The translations under genes and the position numbers were made by a program. From assembly GCA_043228905.1 (NCBI GenBank), contig JBHGNT010000002.1:24552001-24616000 (forward strand): DNA of 64,000 bases, read 5' to 3'. The stretch comes from Azolla caroliniana (lineage: Eukaryota; Plantae; Polypodiophyta). Of the stretch, positions 19,597-32,858 are shown in pieces. Every line of letters begins with the position of its first letter. Positions within the stretch are counted from its first letter, which is position 1. The notes below the pieces were generated by a model. The model had not been told where the DNA came from. It made no database searches and saw nothing but the letters and a program-made list of their open reading frames with translations.

Positions 19597-22500
19597 ATGC
19601 ATATGCCCTCACTGATCAGAAACCCACATCAGATATCTGCTCCTTTTTCTTCCTCTCCTGCTTTTCTCAGAGATATAGCTCGTTTTAGGATTTCCTCACA
19701 CAAATCTGCATCCCCTACTACTACTACTTCTTTTTCTTCTTCTTACACCCCGGTGATTCGAGCTTCTTCGATTGAGATATCGACCTCTCCTTCTCCTCGC
19801 AGACTCTCTAGAGGTTTATCTACAATGGGTAAGTAATTTGTTTTTTCTCTCAGAGTAGAATTATTTGCAAGAATTTCATATCCTTCTACCTCCCGCCTGT
19901 GTTTCGTAGTGCTTTCTTGTCAATTTTTTGATTGTGCTAGTCGAGTTCTTCGTGTTTTGTTTTGCGTATCTTATTTATCTGCTCGTTGAATTCTTAGTGT
20001 TGTTTTGTCAATATTTATCTTTTGTGCTGAATTCTTAGTGTTGTTTTGTCAATATGTATCTTTTTGTGCTGAATTCTTAGTGTCAGATTCTGATCTTCCA
20101 GATCAGACCTTGTACGAAAATGATTCATCTCCCAATTCGTATTTCAAATTGTTTTCACGTCAAATTTGTATCGTCCACATCAAACCTTGCGCATTTGATC
20201 CATCTACCCCTTTCGAATTTCAACCGTGTTCACGTCGAATTTTTTGCCCGGTGGTTTCGAATCAAGAATTCAATAATTGAATCTCATCAAATCAAGTTTA
20301 TTTTATACCTTGCTCAATGTGTATCTTATTGGGACGAAATCATATCTTATCGTATGGAATTCCTATCAAATTCACTGTTGATCTTATCACATTCTTATGT
20401 TATATATCAAACCCATATATTTATCTGGTCAGACTTCTATTTTATTGTTTGAAATTCCTACCTCATTTACAATTATTACATCAGTCTGTTATCATGCCGA
20501 ATATATTATTCGTTCTGTATCATGTTGAATCTATATCGTGTCATATCTCATTGCATCGACAGGATCGGAGAATCCTTTCAAGTACACAGTGACTGACCTG
20601 CCACGCCCCGAAGGTGGAATCTATGGAAAGTATTATAGCTTGACGGCTTTGAAGGATGCTCGTATTGGTAAGCTCTGTTTTTTATACTTCCTTATCAAGT
20701 ACTATAAGCCTTTACTACTCGCTTGAAGTGTCAGTTTGACACAAACCCTAAACAGTAACTCTTAGCCATTGATCAGGAACTTTAAATTTGAAGGATATTT
20801 GTAAGATGTACTTCTAAAACTTTCTTATTGATCAGTTGAAATCCTTATGCTACATTGGAATAGTCATTTGGGGCTTCTTAATCAAGGAATAGCAAACATA
20901 AAACTCAAAAACACAAAAATCCTCTAAGAAACTAAATCTGAAACACTGAAACCCATTTCTTAAACCTTTCATGCCTGCACAGAAACTCTTCCATATTCTA
21001 TCAAGATATTGCTAGAATCAGCTGTGAGGAACTGTGACAACTTTCAAGTGATGAAAGAGGATGTGGAGAAGATTCTTGATTGGGATAACACAGCACCTAA
21101 GCAAGTCGAGATACCTTTCAAACCTGCGAGGGTCATCTTGCAGGTAAGCTCTATATCACTGAAACTGTCATTTTCGCACCAGATTTCCCGTGCTCAAGGA
21201 TTAGTATATAAAACAGTTGTGGCTTCTCAGATGTTGCAGTTTATAACCTAAACATATGATCTTTAAGAAATCCTAGTCATTTTCCCACTATTATTATCTG
21301 GACATTGCACCTAACAGTATGAAGTTCAAGAAGTCTTAAAGATTTCCCACTATGTTTTTCTCTGGAATTGCAGATGAAAACCCAAGATTATGAGCTCCAA
21401 GAGGCCTTATAATATTCTTCCCAGTATGTTTGCCTCCTAGACATCACAATGTAGATATATATAATCGTATGTGTTCAAGACGTCGTAGAGACTTTCCCAC
21501 TATGATTGCACAGACATAGCAGATTATGGCCTACCATTATGATCTTCAAGAAATGTTTTCTCACTGTGATTAACTGGATTATCTAATGTAACTGAAATGG
21601 ATTGGGTTTTATTTTCTTTATAGGATTTCACAGGAGTTCCAGCTGTTGTGGACCTTGCTGCCATGCGAGATGCCATCAAGAGGCTGGGTGGGGATGCTAA
21701 CAAGATCAATCCATTAGTGAGTTGTCGGACATAATTCAATTTTCTTTGAGTGATGCACATTTTCCTTCCGATATTTCATATTTTGCCTATTACCGTCTGA
21801 ATGTATATCAATGCTCACCCTGTTAAGATTTGAACGATATACAGGTTCCAGTTGATCTTGTTATAGATCATTCTGTGCAGGTTGATGTTGCAAGAGCAGA
21901 GAATGCTCTTCAATCAAATATGCAGTTTGAGTTTGACAGAAACAAGGAGCGCTTTGCGTTTCTAAAATGGGGATCAAGTGCATTTAAGAACATGCTTGTT
22001 GTTCCCCCTGGCTCTGGTATTGTGCATCAGGTAAGACATTCCTGTTATTACTTGATAAATTGGAGTGACTTAGTTCAGGAGTTTATAAGGTTTTTTACTG
22101 CAAATCATGATAACTGAAAGAATCTAATAAACTTTGCAATAGCATGATGTTTGTATCCCATTGTTCATATATGCACTTGGATTTAATTTTTTGACTTAGG
22201 ATAATAAGTTCAAGAAGTGTTTTGGCCTATAGGTCATCAGCAAACCATGAGTACTAAATGAATTTGAGTGAGATAATTGTGGCTTTTTCGCAAATTGTAA
22301 TAGCCTGCTCTGCACAAAATTTGCGGACCCTAATTCATCATTAATATACTTGTATTGAAAAATCAACGAGTTATACAAATCCTTTTCATTATTTACAGAA
22401 CTCATCAAAGTTATGTACAAAATTGTGTTTGTGTAACTTTCCCTTGGTGTCCATTTTACAAGATTTCAAATCAAATCTTGTAAAAATCCTTTCCAGATGT

Positions 22501-25500
22501 TTTACCTACAATTCAAGATCACTAACTATTATAATGAACAGGTGAATCTCGAATATCTGGCTAGAGTGGTGTTTAACACTGATGGAATTCTTTATCCTGA
22601 TAGTCTTGTTGGAACTGATTCACACACCACGATGATAGATGGACTTGGGGTTGCAGGATGGGGAGTTGGTGGTATTGAAGCAGAGGCAACAATGCTTGGT
22701 CAAGTTAGTCTCTACTGGTTGCTTATTGTTTTTTCATGTAATGTACTCTTGGGGTTTGGATTTGTAGATTCAAAATGATTAAATGTACATTTTTCTTGCA
22801 CAGCCTATGAGTATGGTCCTTCCTGGTGTTGTGGGTTTTAAGCTGAATGGAAAATTGCAGACAGGGGTTACAGCAACTGATTTAGTGCTTACAGTGACCC
22901 AAATGCTTAGGAAACATGGCGTGGTTGGAAAATTCGTTGAGTTTTACGGTATAACTAAACCACATCCTTCCTAGGGATACCAAAAATGAATTATCCTTCC
23001 TGTTTGTGTAATGCTAAAGCATGATATAAGGCGTGATAAGAATGCAGAATGCTAAAGGATGATGTAAGACATGTACCAAAATGCAGGTGAGGGAATGTCT
23101 GCATTGTCACTAGCTGATCGTGCCACTATTGCAAATATGTCTCCTGAGTATGGAGCTACAATGGGTTTCTTCCCAGTTGACCATGTTACCTTACAATACC
23201 TGAGGTTAACAGGAAGAGATGAAGAAAAGGTGAAAATTTTGCTGATGAGCGTTTCTATGATCTAAATTCTAATATTATATGTGTTTTTGAGTGTACAAAT
23301 TATGTTAGTTTCTTTCCTGTTTGTGTGTCTGGTCACTCATAGCCTTAGTATTGATTGTGTTTATAGATCAAGATGATCGAGGCTTATTTACGTGCCAACA
23401 AACTATTTGTTGATTACAATGAGGTGATTATTGATCTGTTCTTAGAACTCTTTTTAGGTTTCTTCTGTTCACAACTGTTTATCTGAGAAAAGTGATGGAC
23501 ATTTGAGCTATCATCATTGAAACTTTTACAGCCTACAGTAGATAAGAAATACTCATCATACATTGAGCTAGATCTTGCGAGTGTAGAGCCATCCGTTTCT
23601 GGACCGAAACGGTAAGTATAAATGTGTTATAATTGACCCCTGGCAGTTGCATATTTGTTTACCAAAATATTGGTATAAACAATCTAGTACAGGCCTCATG
23701 ATCGAGTCTCACTGAAGGACATGAAGGATGATTGGCACTCTTGCCTAGACAGCAGAGTCGGGTTTAAGGTAAATGTTATAATGTGATAATAGTTTCAGCG
23801 TCCAAATATTCATGTAATATATAAGTCACACATTTATCCATTTTATTAATGGATAGTAGATACTCATTTATTCTTCCAATTTCATTATTTATAGCGAATA
23901 CATTTATGGGCATTTTATTGATTCATACATTCATGTTTATTTTTGCAGGGTTTTGCCATTCCTAAGGACAAACAAGGCTTGGTAGCAGGATTTTCTTTTG
24001 ATGGGAAGCCTGAGGAATTAAGACATGGAGATGTTGTGATAGCTGCTATCACTAGCTGTACAAATACTTCCAATCCCAGTGTCATGCTGGGAGCTGGACT
24101 TGTTGCAAAGAAAGCATTTGAATTGGGTCTAAAGGTATTAATCATTCTTCTCATTTTGCGTTTTATGTATTGTTTATATAATGAAATTTGAAAATTCATA
24201 CTCATTTGTTCATAATTAAATTGCAGGTGAAACCATGGATCAAGACAAGTCTAGCTCCTGGATCTGGAGTCGTAACAAAATATTTGAACAAGAGGTCTTT
24301 TGTCCAATGTTTCTATGATTTCTGGAATTAAGAGATTTCCTAAATTACCATCATTATTCATTTCACATAAGCTGCTTCTTGTTTTCACAGTGGGCTAGAC
24401 CATTTCTTAAATTTGCAAGGCTTCAGTTTAGTTGGTTATGGCTGCACTACATGCATAGGAAATTCTGGAGAGATACATGAGGCCGTGGCGGAAGCCATAA
24501 TCGATAAAGGTAAAAATAGTTCTCCTTCATAGGAGGAGCCTGACTTTGCTGCTTTTATTTTTCCTCGGTAACTTTTTATACTTTCTTTTCTCAGCAGAAT
24601 TTATGCTGCCCCTTTATTCAAAAATGGTTTAGGAAAAAATCTCAGTAAAATTTATACGACCCATTTCTCTATGCATATTTATGACAACTGAACATGTGTG
24701 TAGATATCGTTGCTGCGGCTGTCCTTTCTGGAAATCGTAATTTTGAGGGCAGGGTGCACCCATTAACTCGGGCGAATTACTTAGCGTCTCCACCTCTGGT
24801 GGTGGCATATGCTCTGGCAGGAACTGTGAGTATGAATGAAATAACGTATGCTTTTTCTGCACCTACTGCTACTCTCAGAATATTCTTATTACAATTTTAA
24901 TGTTCTATTTTTTTTGACACTACACTAGGTTGATATTGACTTTGAGAAGGAGCCTATTGGTACTGGTGAAGATGGACGAAAGGTTTTCCTTAGCGATATC
25001 TGGCCTTCAAGTGAGGAAATTACTGAGGTAAGATACTTTGTTTTAACTGGTTTACAAATTTTTCCTTTAAAGACTGAAGGGCAAATAGTAGTGTGTGATA
25101 TAAACTTATTGGATGTTGTAGGTAATGGAATCATCTGTCTTGCCCGAAATGTTCAAATCTACCTATGAATCTATCTCTAACGGAAATCCTATGTGGAATG
25201 AGTTATCATCCCCTACTGGTGCTCTGTATTTATGGGATGAGAAGTCTACATACGTTCACGATCCACCGTTCTTCAAATCCATGTCTCTTCAACCTCCAGG
25301 AGCACATGGAGTGAAGGATGCTTACTGTTTGCTCAACTTTGGTGATAGTATCACAACTGATCATATATCTCCAGCTGGTAACATCCACAAAGACAGCCCT
25401 GCTGCAAAGTACTTAATTGAGCATGGAGTAGACCGAAGAGATTTTAATTCCTATGGGAGCCGACGTGGTAATGATGAGATAATGGCACGAGGAACATTTG

Positions 25501-27237
25501 CTAATATCCGCATTGTCAATAGGTTTTTGAAGGGTGAAGTAGGTCCCAAGACTATTCATGTGCCGTCCGGAGAGAAGCTATATGTCTATGATGCTGCAAT
25601 GGTAAAAAAAACAGCTTGAGAAAGTTGAATAGAAAATTTATCATCGTTATATTCTTATTCAAGGCCTTGCATTGCAATTACTATGGGGAAATATCTCCGG
25701 ATGGCACATGATAGTATTGGGACCTACTTCATTAGGGTGAAGTAGGTCCCGAAACTATTCATGTGCCGTTCGGTGAGAAGTTATATCTGTCTACGTTGCT
25801 GCAATGGTAAAAAAAACACCTTGAGAAAGTTGAATAGAAAATCATCATCGTTATATTCTTATTCTAAGCCTTGCATTGTCATTACGATGAGGAAAAATCT
25901 CCGGACAACACATGAATAGTCTTGGGACCTACTTCACCCTAATGAAGTAGGTCCCAATACTATTCATGTACTGTCTGGAGGGAAGCTATATGTCTATGAT
26001 GTGCAATGGTAAAGAAAAACAGCTTGAGAAAGTTGAATAGAAAATCATCATCATTATATTCTTATTCTAGGCCTTGCATTGTCATAATTATGGGGAAAAT
26101 CTCATAAATCGTCTTCTATTTTCCTAAATGCCCTTAGTTTTTGTTATTTGCCCAAAACATCTTTGTCAACCTCAAATAAAAGTAAAGGGAGATGTATAGG
26201 CCATAAACTTTCCATTGACTTCTTTTTCCTCTACTTTTGAAAGCCTCTGCTAACAAAGTTGTCTTCTATTTCCAGAAATACAAAGCTGAAGGTGCTGATA
26301 CCATCATATTAGCAGGAGCAGAATATGGTAGTGGAAGCTCAAGGGATTGGGCTGCAAAGGGTCCTTACCTTCAGGTATATATGTATATTATATATATTTG
26401 ATGTAAATAGGAGACATGTAGTAATGAAACTAAATATGCATGCATATTTATTTAATTTTTTGATCTTCTAATTGGTGTGCACATATGGGGTAGGGAGTTA
26501 AAGCTGTGATTGCAAAGAGTTTTGAGCGTATACATCGCAGTAACTTGGTGGGAATGGGAATTATTCCCCTATGTTTCAAACCTGGTCAGGATGCTGAATC
26601 CCTTGGCCTGACAGGCTATGAGAGATACACAATAGATCTTCCCTCAGATATCAAGTTAATTACTCCTGGACAGGATATCGAAGTGGTTACCGACAATGGA
26701 AAGAGTTTTACATGCACCCTTCGATTTGACACACAGGTAAATTTTGGGAACCTAACTCGATATATTCAATGATGTGTTCTTGCTTGAGATATTTAATGAT
26801 TTGTTCTTGCTTGATATATTCAATGATTTGTTCTTGCCTTTTGTTAGTGAAAATGAGTGCTGAAATATTGACTTCTGGTTTTGGTTCAATGCTTTTTTAT
26901 ATGAATTGGTGATATCTCTCGGTGTGCTTGATATTGAATAATTAATTTCTTGTTTTGGATGTTGCTTTTGGTATGAACTCAAAAGAGCATTATTTAGTGA
27001 TTCGGTCTCGTCTTTGCTACTCAAATTTGGCTCAAATATATGTGAAGTTTTGGTATAGAAAATTGATTGAAGTATTGACTTATGATTTAGTCGTACCTTC
27101 ATGGTGTCAAACGAAAATCGATTAGATTTTTGGTATTGAACAATTTTCTGAAATATTTTCTTGCATTTGAACAGGTGGAGTTAACATACTTTGACCATGG
27201 TGGAATACTCCAGTATGTGCTCAGGCAGCTCATTTAA
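19597..27237 (+). CDS. ACO: Aconitate hydratase (IRP1-like plant aconitase), 20 exons, N-terminal transit peptide
   Basis: Exons joined at GT-AG give [104 protein letters not shown]; exon 1 19597-19828, last exon 27175-27237. Confidence 0.97.
25531..26103. repeat. Triplicated exon17/intron17 junction with interleaved inverted exon fragments
   Basis: Direct copies start near 25531, 25734, 25943; inverted copies at 25694-25731 and 25898-25940. Confidence 0.92.
26762..26838 (+). repeat. 27-bp tandem repeat x3 in the last aconitase intron
   Basis: atattcaatgat(g/t)tgttcttgcttga repeated. Confidence 0.85.
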
Positions 27238-27879
27238 TCTTTACAAGTGACCTATTAAAGAACATAATATCTAGAGGATATGATTTTGTTCTTTATATGA
27301 AGAGGGAATGTAACTAGTTTGTAAATAATGTGTCGGTTATGGTCCACATATTTTTTAAGGTTTTTGAGTGTGCTATGTTGTCTTTATTGTGTGTATCTAA
27401 ATGTTTTCACATGTGTTAGTCTTAGTCTCTTAACTAACTATTTAAGCAAAATATAAGGAATTATAGAGCAAAGAAGAGAGAGTTGGTGACAAATCACCTA
27501 ACCACCCACTAGTAACAGTGCGAGACATTTGGATCTTTCGATGTCCCATACCATTGAGTGTTGATGTTGGTCGTACATTGGGTTTTGCAAGGATGGTACA
27601 TGCTTAGCTAGCAAGAGCCATAGTGACATGGTACACTATACACTGTACACTGATAGTCTTAACATAACTTAAGCCTCCTTATATAAGTAAAAACACTAGA
27701 CCTTGGTGTGTTCACACAATTGACTACTTCATGTGAAATACTCAAGTGATAACATGCTTAATAGTTATCTGACATTGTAGAATTGTAGTTCAATTCATAC
27801 TCTTGTTCCTTTCGAAAATAAATCATACGTACTCATCATAAGTTTATTGAAACTTGTTTCATCATTAAATTACAGAAAA

Positions 27880-28470
27880 ACAACTTTGACTAAAATACAT
27901 AACATGAAATCCAAGGCTCCATTGTTTAAAGTGTTTTTTTGGGTTCATTTTCGTTCTTTGCATTTTAATTCGTATTTGGTATGGTTGTATTGTGTTTTTA
28001 TGGTTGCATTCTCTTCCTTTCAATTAGTAATTATTGTTTAATACCCACAACATTGACTATAACTATTTCATACATAAACATGAATTCCACGGCTCCATCT
28101 GTTAACAGGGTCATGTTTGGTTCATTTTCATTGACTATAACTATTTTGTACTTAAACATGAATTCCAAAGCCCCATCCTTTATAATGTTTGGTTCATTTT
28201 TATTCTTTGCATTTTAATTTGTCTTATGGTTGTATTTTTTGGTGGTATTTTTATCGTTTCTTTCTCTTCCTTTCAATTAGTCATTATTGTTTAATCCCAA
28301 AAACATTGATGATAACTATTTCATACATAAACATGAATTCCAAGGCTCCATCCTTTATGGAGCAATGTTTGGTTCATTTTTAATCTTTGCATGTTAATTT
28401 GTCTTTGGTATGGTTGTATTTTGTATGGTTTCTTTCTCTTCCTTTCAATTAATCATTATTGTTTAATGCC
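27880..28470 (+). repeat. AT-rich degenerate tandem repeat, about 4 partial copies
   Basis: Recurring acataaacatgaattccaaggctccat..gtttggttcatttt..ttctcttcctttcaattag..attattgtttaa. Confidence 0.8.
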
Positions 28471-30029
28471 CACATCCAATGTAGCTTATCTAAGCCTAAA
28501 CCTAAAATAAGCAATTATGAGTTGTGGAAAGTGTTCTAAAGTAGAGAATAATAAAAGACTAGGTGCTGAATAAGATTGAATTATGAACATGGGAGATAAG
28601 GGAATGTTGTGACATAGAGCTTGGATTGGCAACACGCTAAGTTACAAGACTTTGGAGAATACAAGAGTGAGGTTTCACTCTTGCACATCATCTGGTGAAG
28701 GGTCTGAAAATAGTTTTTTGGAAGGACACATTCTATAAATAGGAATGTGGACCCTATAGTTGATGTTTGCTCAGTGCCACAATGTTAAGGGAGTTGGTGA
28801 CCTGATGATTGGTGAGCCGTCGACCGGAGCCCCGGTCACGTTGCTTTGAATAGTTTGGAAGAGGAACATAGCAAAAGAGCGAGATTCTTTTTAGTCATAT
28901 GGTGATGGGCACATAACATTCGGTAGTCAACACACCTTACAAGTAGTATAAATGTAAAACCCAACACATGATATTTAGCAATGGACCAAATTTTAGTTTT
29001 TGAGGGTTAAATAACGATTCCATGTTGCCCTTGGCTATAACCCCAAGTTACATATTTTTAACAAGAGTGTAATCGCCATTATATACCGATGAATGTTAAA
29101 TTGAATGTTGTATCGTATTTGTCTTGTTGAAGTGTTGTCAATCATACATATGCTCTGCGAGTGTAAGTTTGTTGATTTAGTTAAACTTTAATTCCCTTAT
29201 GGAGAGGGAATGATGAGCGAAATTAACATGTAAGTCAAGGGCAAGATGTTCATCCAAGGTATCCCAATAAATTCAACTCAAGTTGGAAGAAAGGAATGTT
29301 GGAGGGGAAGAAGGCATGGGCAGCTCTCCAACTCTTTTGAGAAATTCAATCAAATTGGTGATAACTAGCATGTTCATGTGGCTGCCTTGGCAAACCATCT
29401 AGTGCATCGTCCATTTAGTCAAGAGACAAATGTTAGTTGTACCTTTATGTATATCCATAATTTTTTACATCCATTGATCTTTTATCACTCTTGATTGTCC
29501 TCTTCATGCTCATCCAAGATATATTTTCCACAAATTGAGTTTGGACTCCAATTAGCAATCAAATATTGACCATCACTAGACTCTTAGCTTGTCTCAATGA
29601 TTTGCCATTGTTGCCGCATGTTTTTATTTTGTGATGTTTTGTGAACATCTATTCTCTTCACTCTTCACCCTCTTGATCAATCCACTTTTTCTTTGCCCTT
29701 TCCTCAATCAGTTATGTCATTAAGGGTGTCTTCATTGGTGAGTATGTCTCATTGATGGCATTGTGCCAATGACAATGGTGGTGTCAATGGTGGCGTAACA
29801 ACAATTATATAGCCCTTTTATAGAAGTATCCTTATGGACACAATGGCCCAATGACAAGTGCAACTCGATGGCAACATTGACAATATGGAGGCATATATGA
29901 GGTTGGGCATGATTGTTTTTGGTAAGTCATTATTATCTTAATGTGAGAAGACAACATTCATGATATAAGAGGTAACAATGAGGTAATATCTAATATATAA
30001 TTGTCGTAAGGTTGGTGAGCAAAAAAACC

Positions 30030-31330
30030 TCACTATCTTTCATACAATTGTCGGGTTGTAACAATATCTATCATGGTGTCCACCTAAGTATATGGGAACT
30101 CATTTTGAAGAATTTGCCCCACCATCATTTTTGAGCCGAAATGGATGAAGCCCAATTGGTAAGGATGCCCAATGGAGACCATGAGGTGATGAGTTTAAGA
30201 GATATCAACAGAGTAATAACGAGGTGAGAAATTTGGGTTTCAAACCCCCCAAGATGTAGTGCTAGTAGTGTCACGAGCTAATTATGAAAGAGAGAGAGAG
30301 AGAGAGGGGTTTCAAAACATCAACCTTTTATAAGCTTTTCACATATAACCATTAGTGACATCATGATAAGGTTAAACATAATAAGATAAAAACAGTAAAA
30401 GATACACATCTATTAAAAATTTCCTACTTCAAAGAATGGGACATTTTACTTTTAAAACTATGTTTAGGTAAGGATCCAAAATATACTTATATGCCAATGT
30501 AACATCATTAAAAAGTGTGGCCACCCCACCCTTGTATCAATATGCAAGAGAAAGTCTTACACAATAAACATTCCACCAACTTGTAAGATCTCCAAGTAGA
30601 AACAAGCTTTTGGATCACAAGGTGTTGCCAACGCCCCAAGAAAAACAAATTCCAAACTTAGATATAGTTTCATTGTGCGGCGTGATGCACCCATTTAGAA
30701 ATCCTTGAGAAATCCTTGAGAAATCCTTTCAAAGAGTTAGTGGACAGAGAACTAAACAAAGTCTTTTGAATTAATCCAAGAGTGCTTCACGAAAGCATCC
30801 ATTGTAAGGTCACCAAATTGGGATACACGAGTTTCATCATTGGGATACATGTTGATGTGTCTACATTCACGCAACTAAGACGGTCTTAATGCAAAGAGTT
30901 CTAATAAAATTCTTTGTAACATCCTCACAAACACAATAGAGCCATCTAGTAATATTGAAGCTAAATACTACACGTGACATTATGGACTTTCTACACGTCC
31001 CATAAGATAGCTAGGCATTGCATACCATTTTGCTTGGTTTACAAACAAGAAGTGGTTAGGTTGGTTGGGTTCTTGGTCCTAATTTAGGAGTTTTATTCAA
31101 GTGCAACGAAAGGCAATTTTCTCTCTTGCCCCAAACTCATAAAACTTGAAAGTTTGATTGAGATATGCCTCGTTGCTTTTGAAGCACTCTTTTACAAAGA
31201 AAGTGCATAGATATTCATGCCATCACAATCTCCTATTGACACTTTGGCCTCTAGTTTACAAGATTTTTGAGTAAGTTGAGCCAGGGATAGAGGTGTTTAG
31301 TTTGTGAGGATTTTATATGCATATGATATT
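30030..31330 (+). mobile_element. Highly decayed copia RT/RNase H remnant
   Basis: Fragmentary motifs: IVG.*QYL near 30050, SSNIEAKY (compare SSTEAEY) near 30945, FHA..ID near 31215; many stops. Confidence 0.35.
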
Positions 31331-32858
31331 GTTCTTATAGCACTTATAAAACGCTTACAAACACTCTTGGATGAACTACATATGTTTGCCTTATATGAAC
31401 TCTTGGTGGACCTCAGGATACAACAAGCACTATGTACGTTCCAAAACTTATTGAGAGATTTGATGTGTTAGGCCATTGCACAATAAATGGCAAGATTTGA
31501 GGATTCTACAAACTGCTCTTCCAAGTTGTGGGATTCTACAATCATTGTGACGTCAATCTTGCTCACACAATTGTCAAATTTGCATGTTCAAATCAATCAG
31601 TTTAACATTGGAACTTCAAAACCACTAAAATCATATTCTGTGGGCATATATATTGCTCCCATTAACAATGACTACTATCAAATCCACATGTTCAAATATC
31701 AATCCGTTTTACACTAATACTTGTATAAAACCACCCAAATTTATTTGAAATAAATCTCTTAACATAATGGGATAACTCTAATGCAAACACCACTACATAT
31801 CATAAACTAATAGCGCATAAAGGAATTTCACAATCAGAACATGCAGTGGACAAATCTGTCACAAAACGGTTATAACAAGAGTTAAATTTGTATGTTCGCT
31901 AACCTATTTGTTTCGAAATGATTTGATATTGCTTTTTTCACAAAATGAATACGCTGGCATAATTCCATTTTTGTCACCCACAAGGCATCACTAGAATTCT
32001 CGGATCAGGGTATTAGTTGCAAAAATAATCATTGCATAGATGTAGATGCCAACAACACATTTAACTATGCAGACTATAGAACTGCAGCCAGGTAGTTTTG
32101 GAAACGAATCTTCAAACAAGAAATTATATATATAGCAGCACTTCATTTCTATGTATCAAAGCAGGTTTCAATAAACCATATATATATACTCAGAGATTCA
32201 AATACCCGCATATTCCAATTTACAATATGAAATACACATTTTCCCATATTCCATCTCATCATATTTTACAACAGCACATGCAGTTCCTCAGAAGTATAGA
32301 TGTGGAGTTAAAAAGAGAAGTTATAAATTTGAGAAAATCTAAAATGGAAAGTGATGAAAGTTTTAACATTTTATACTCTCAAAATTCTTTTACATATTTT
32401 GACAAATGGGCCATTTGTTTTATAAGTACCAATTGTATTTTCTGAAGACTGTTAAGCAGTGAGTAAAAATATCAGGAGAAACGCATCTACTACCGAACAC
32501 ATACTTACGAAATACAAAATACGATCAGGATGCACTAGAAATTTGGTTTCAGATACATTAATAACCAAAAACTTAACCTATTTGGAGAAAAACTTGTATA
32601 ATTCGCAATTAAATAGTCATTTGTACACACCTTATAGAAGTTAACAATTCTGCCAACACCTAGAAGAGTCTCTATCAAATTTCATATTACCGCATTCCAA
32701 GAGAAAGGCAAGACTAGACTAGCAATAGCCAGCCTCCAAAGCCAATAACTAGAAAGGATAACTACTTAAAAAGCTGCAAGAGGACACTTAGGAGTAAAAT
32801 AGATAGGTAGTGGAGATATGCGAACATCACACCAAAGAAGATATAATACTTTGATGAC

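Noticed and set aside
25732-25942. TTAGGG/CCCTAA hairpin loops as telomerase-added repeats
   Set aside because: AGGG is templated by the exon (agggtgaagt) and only single hexamers occur; the resemblance is probably coincidental
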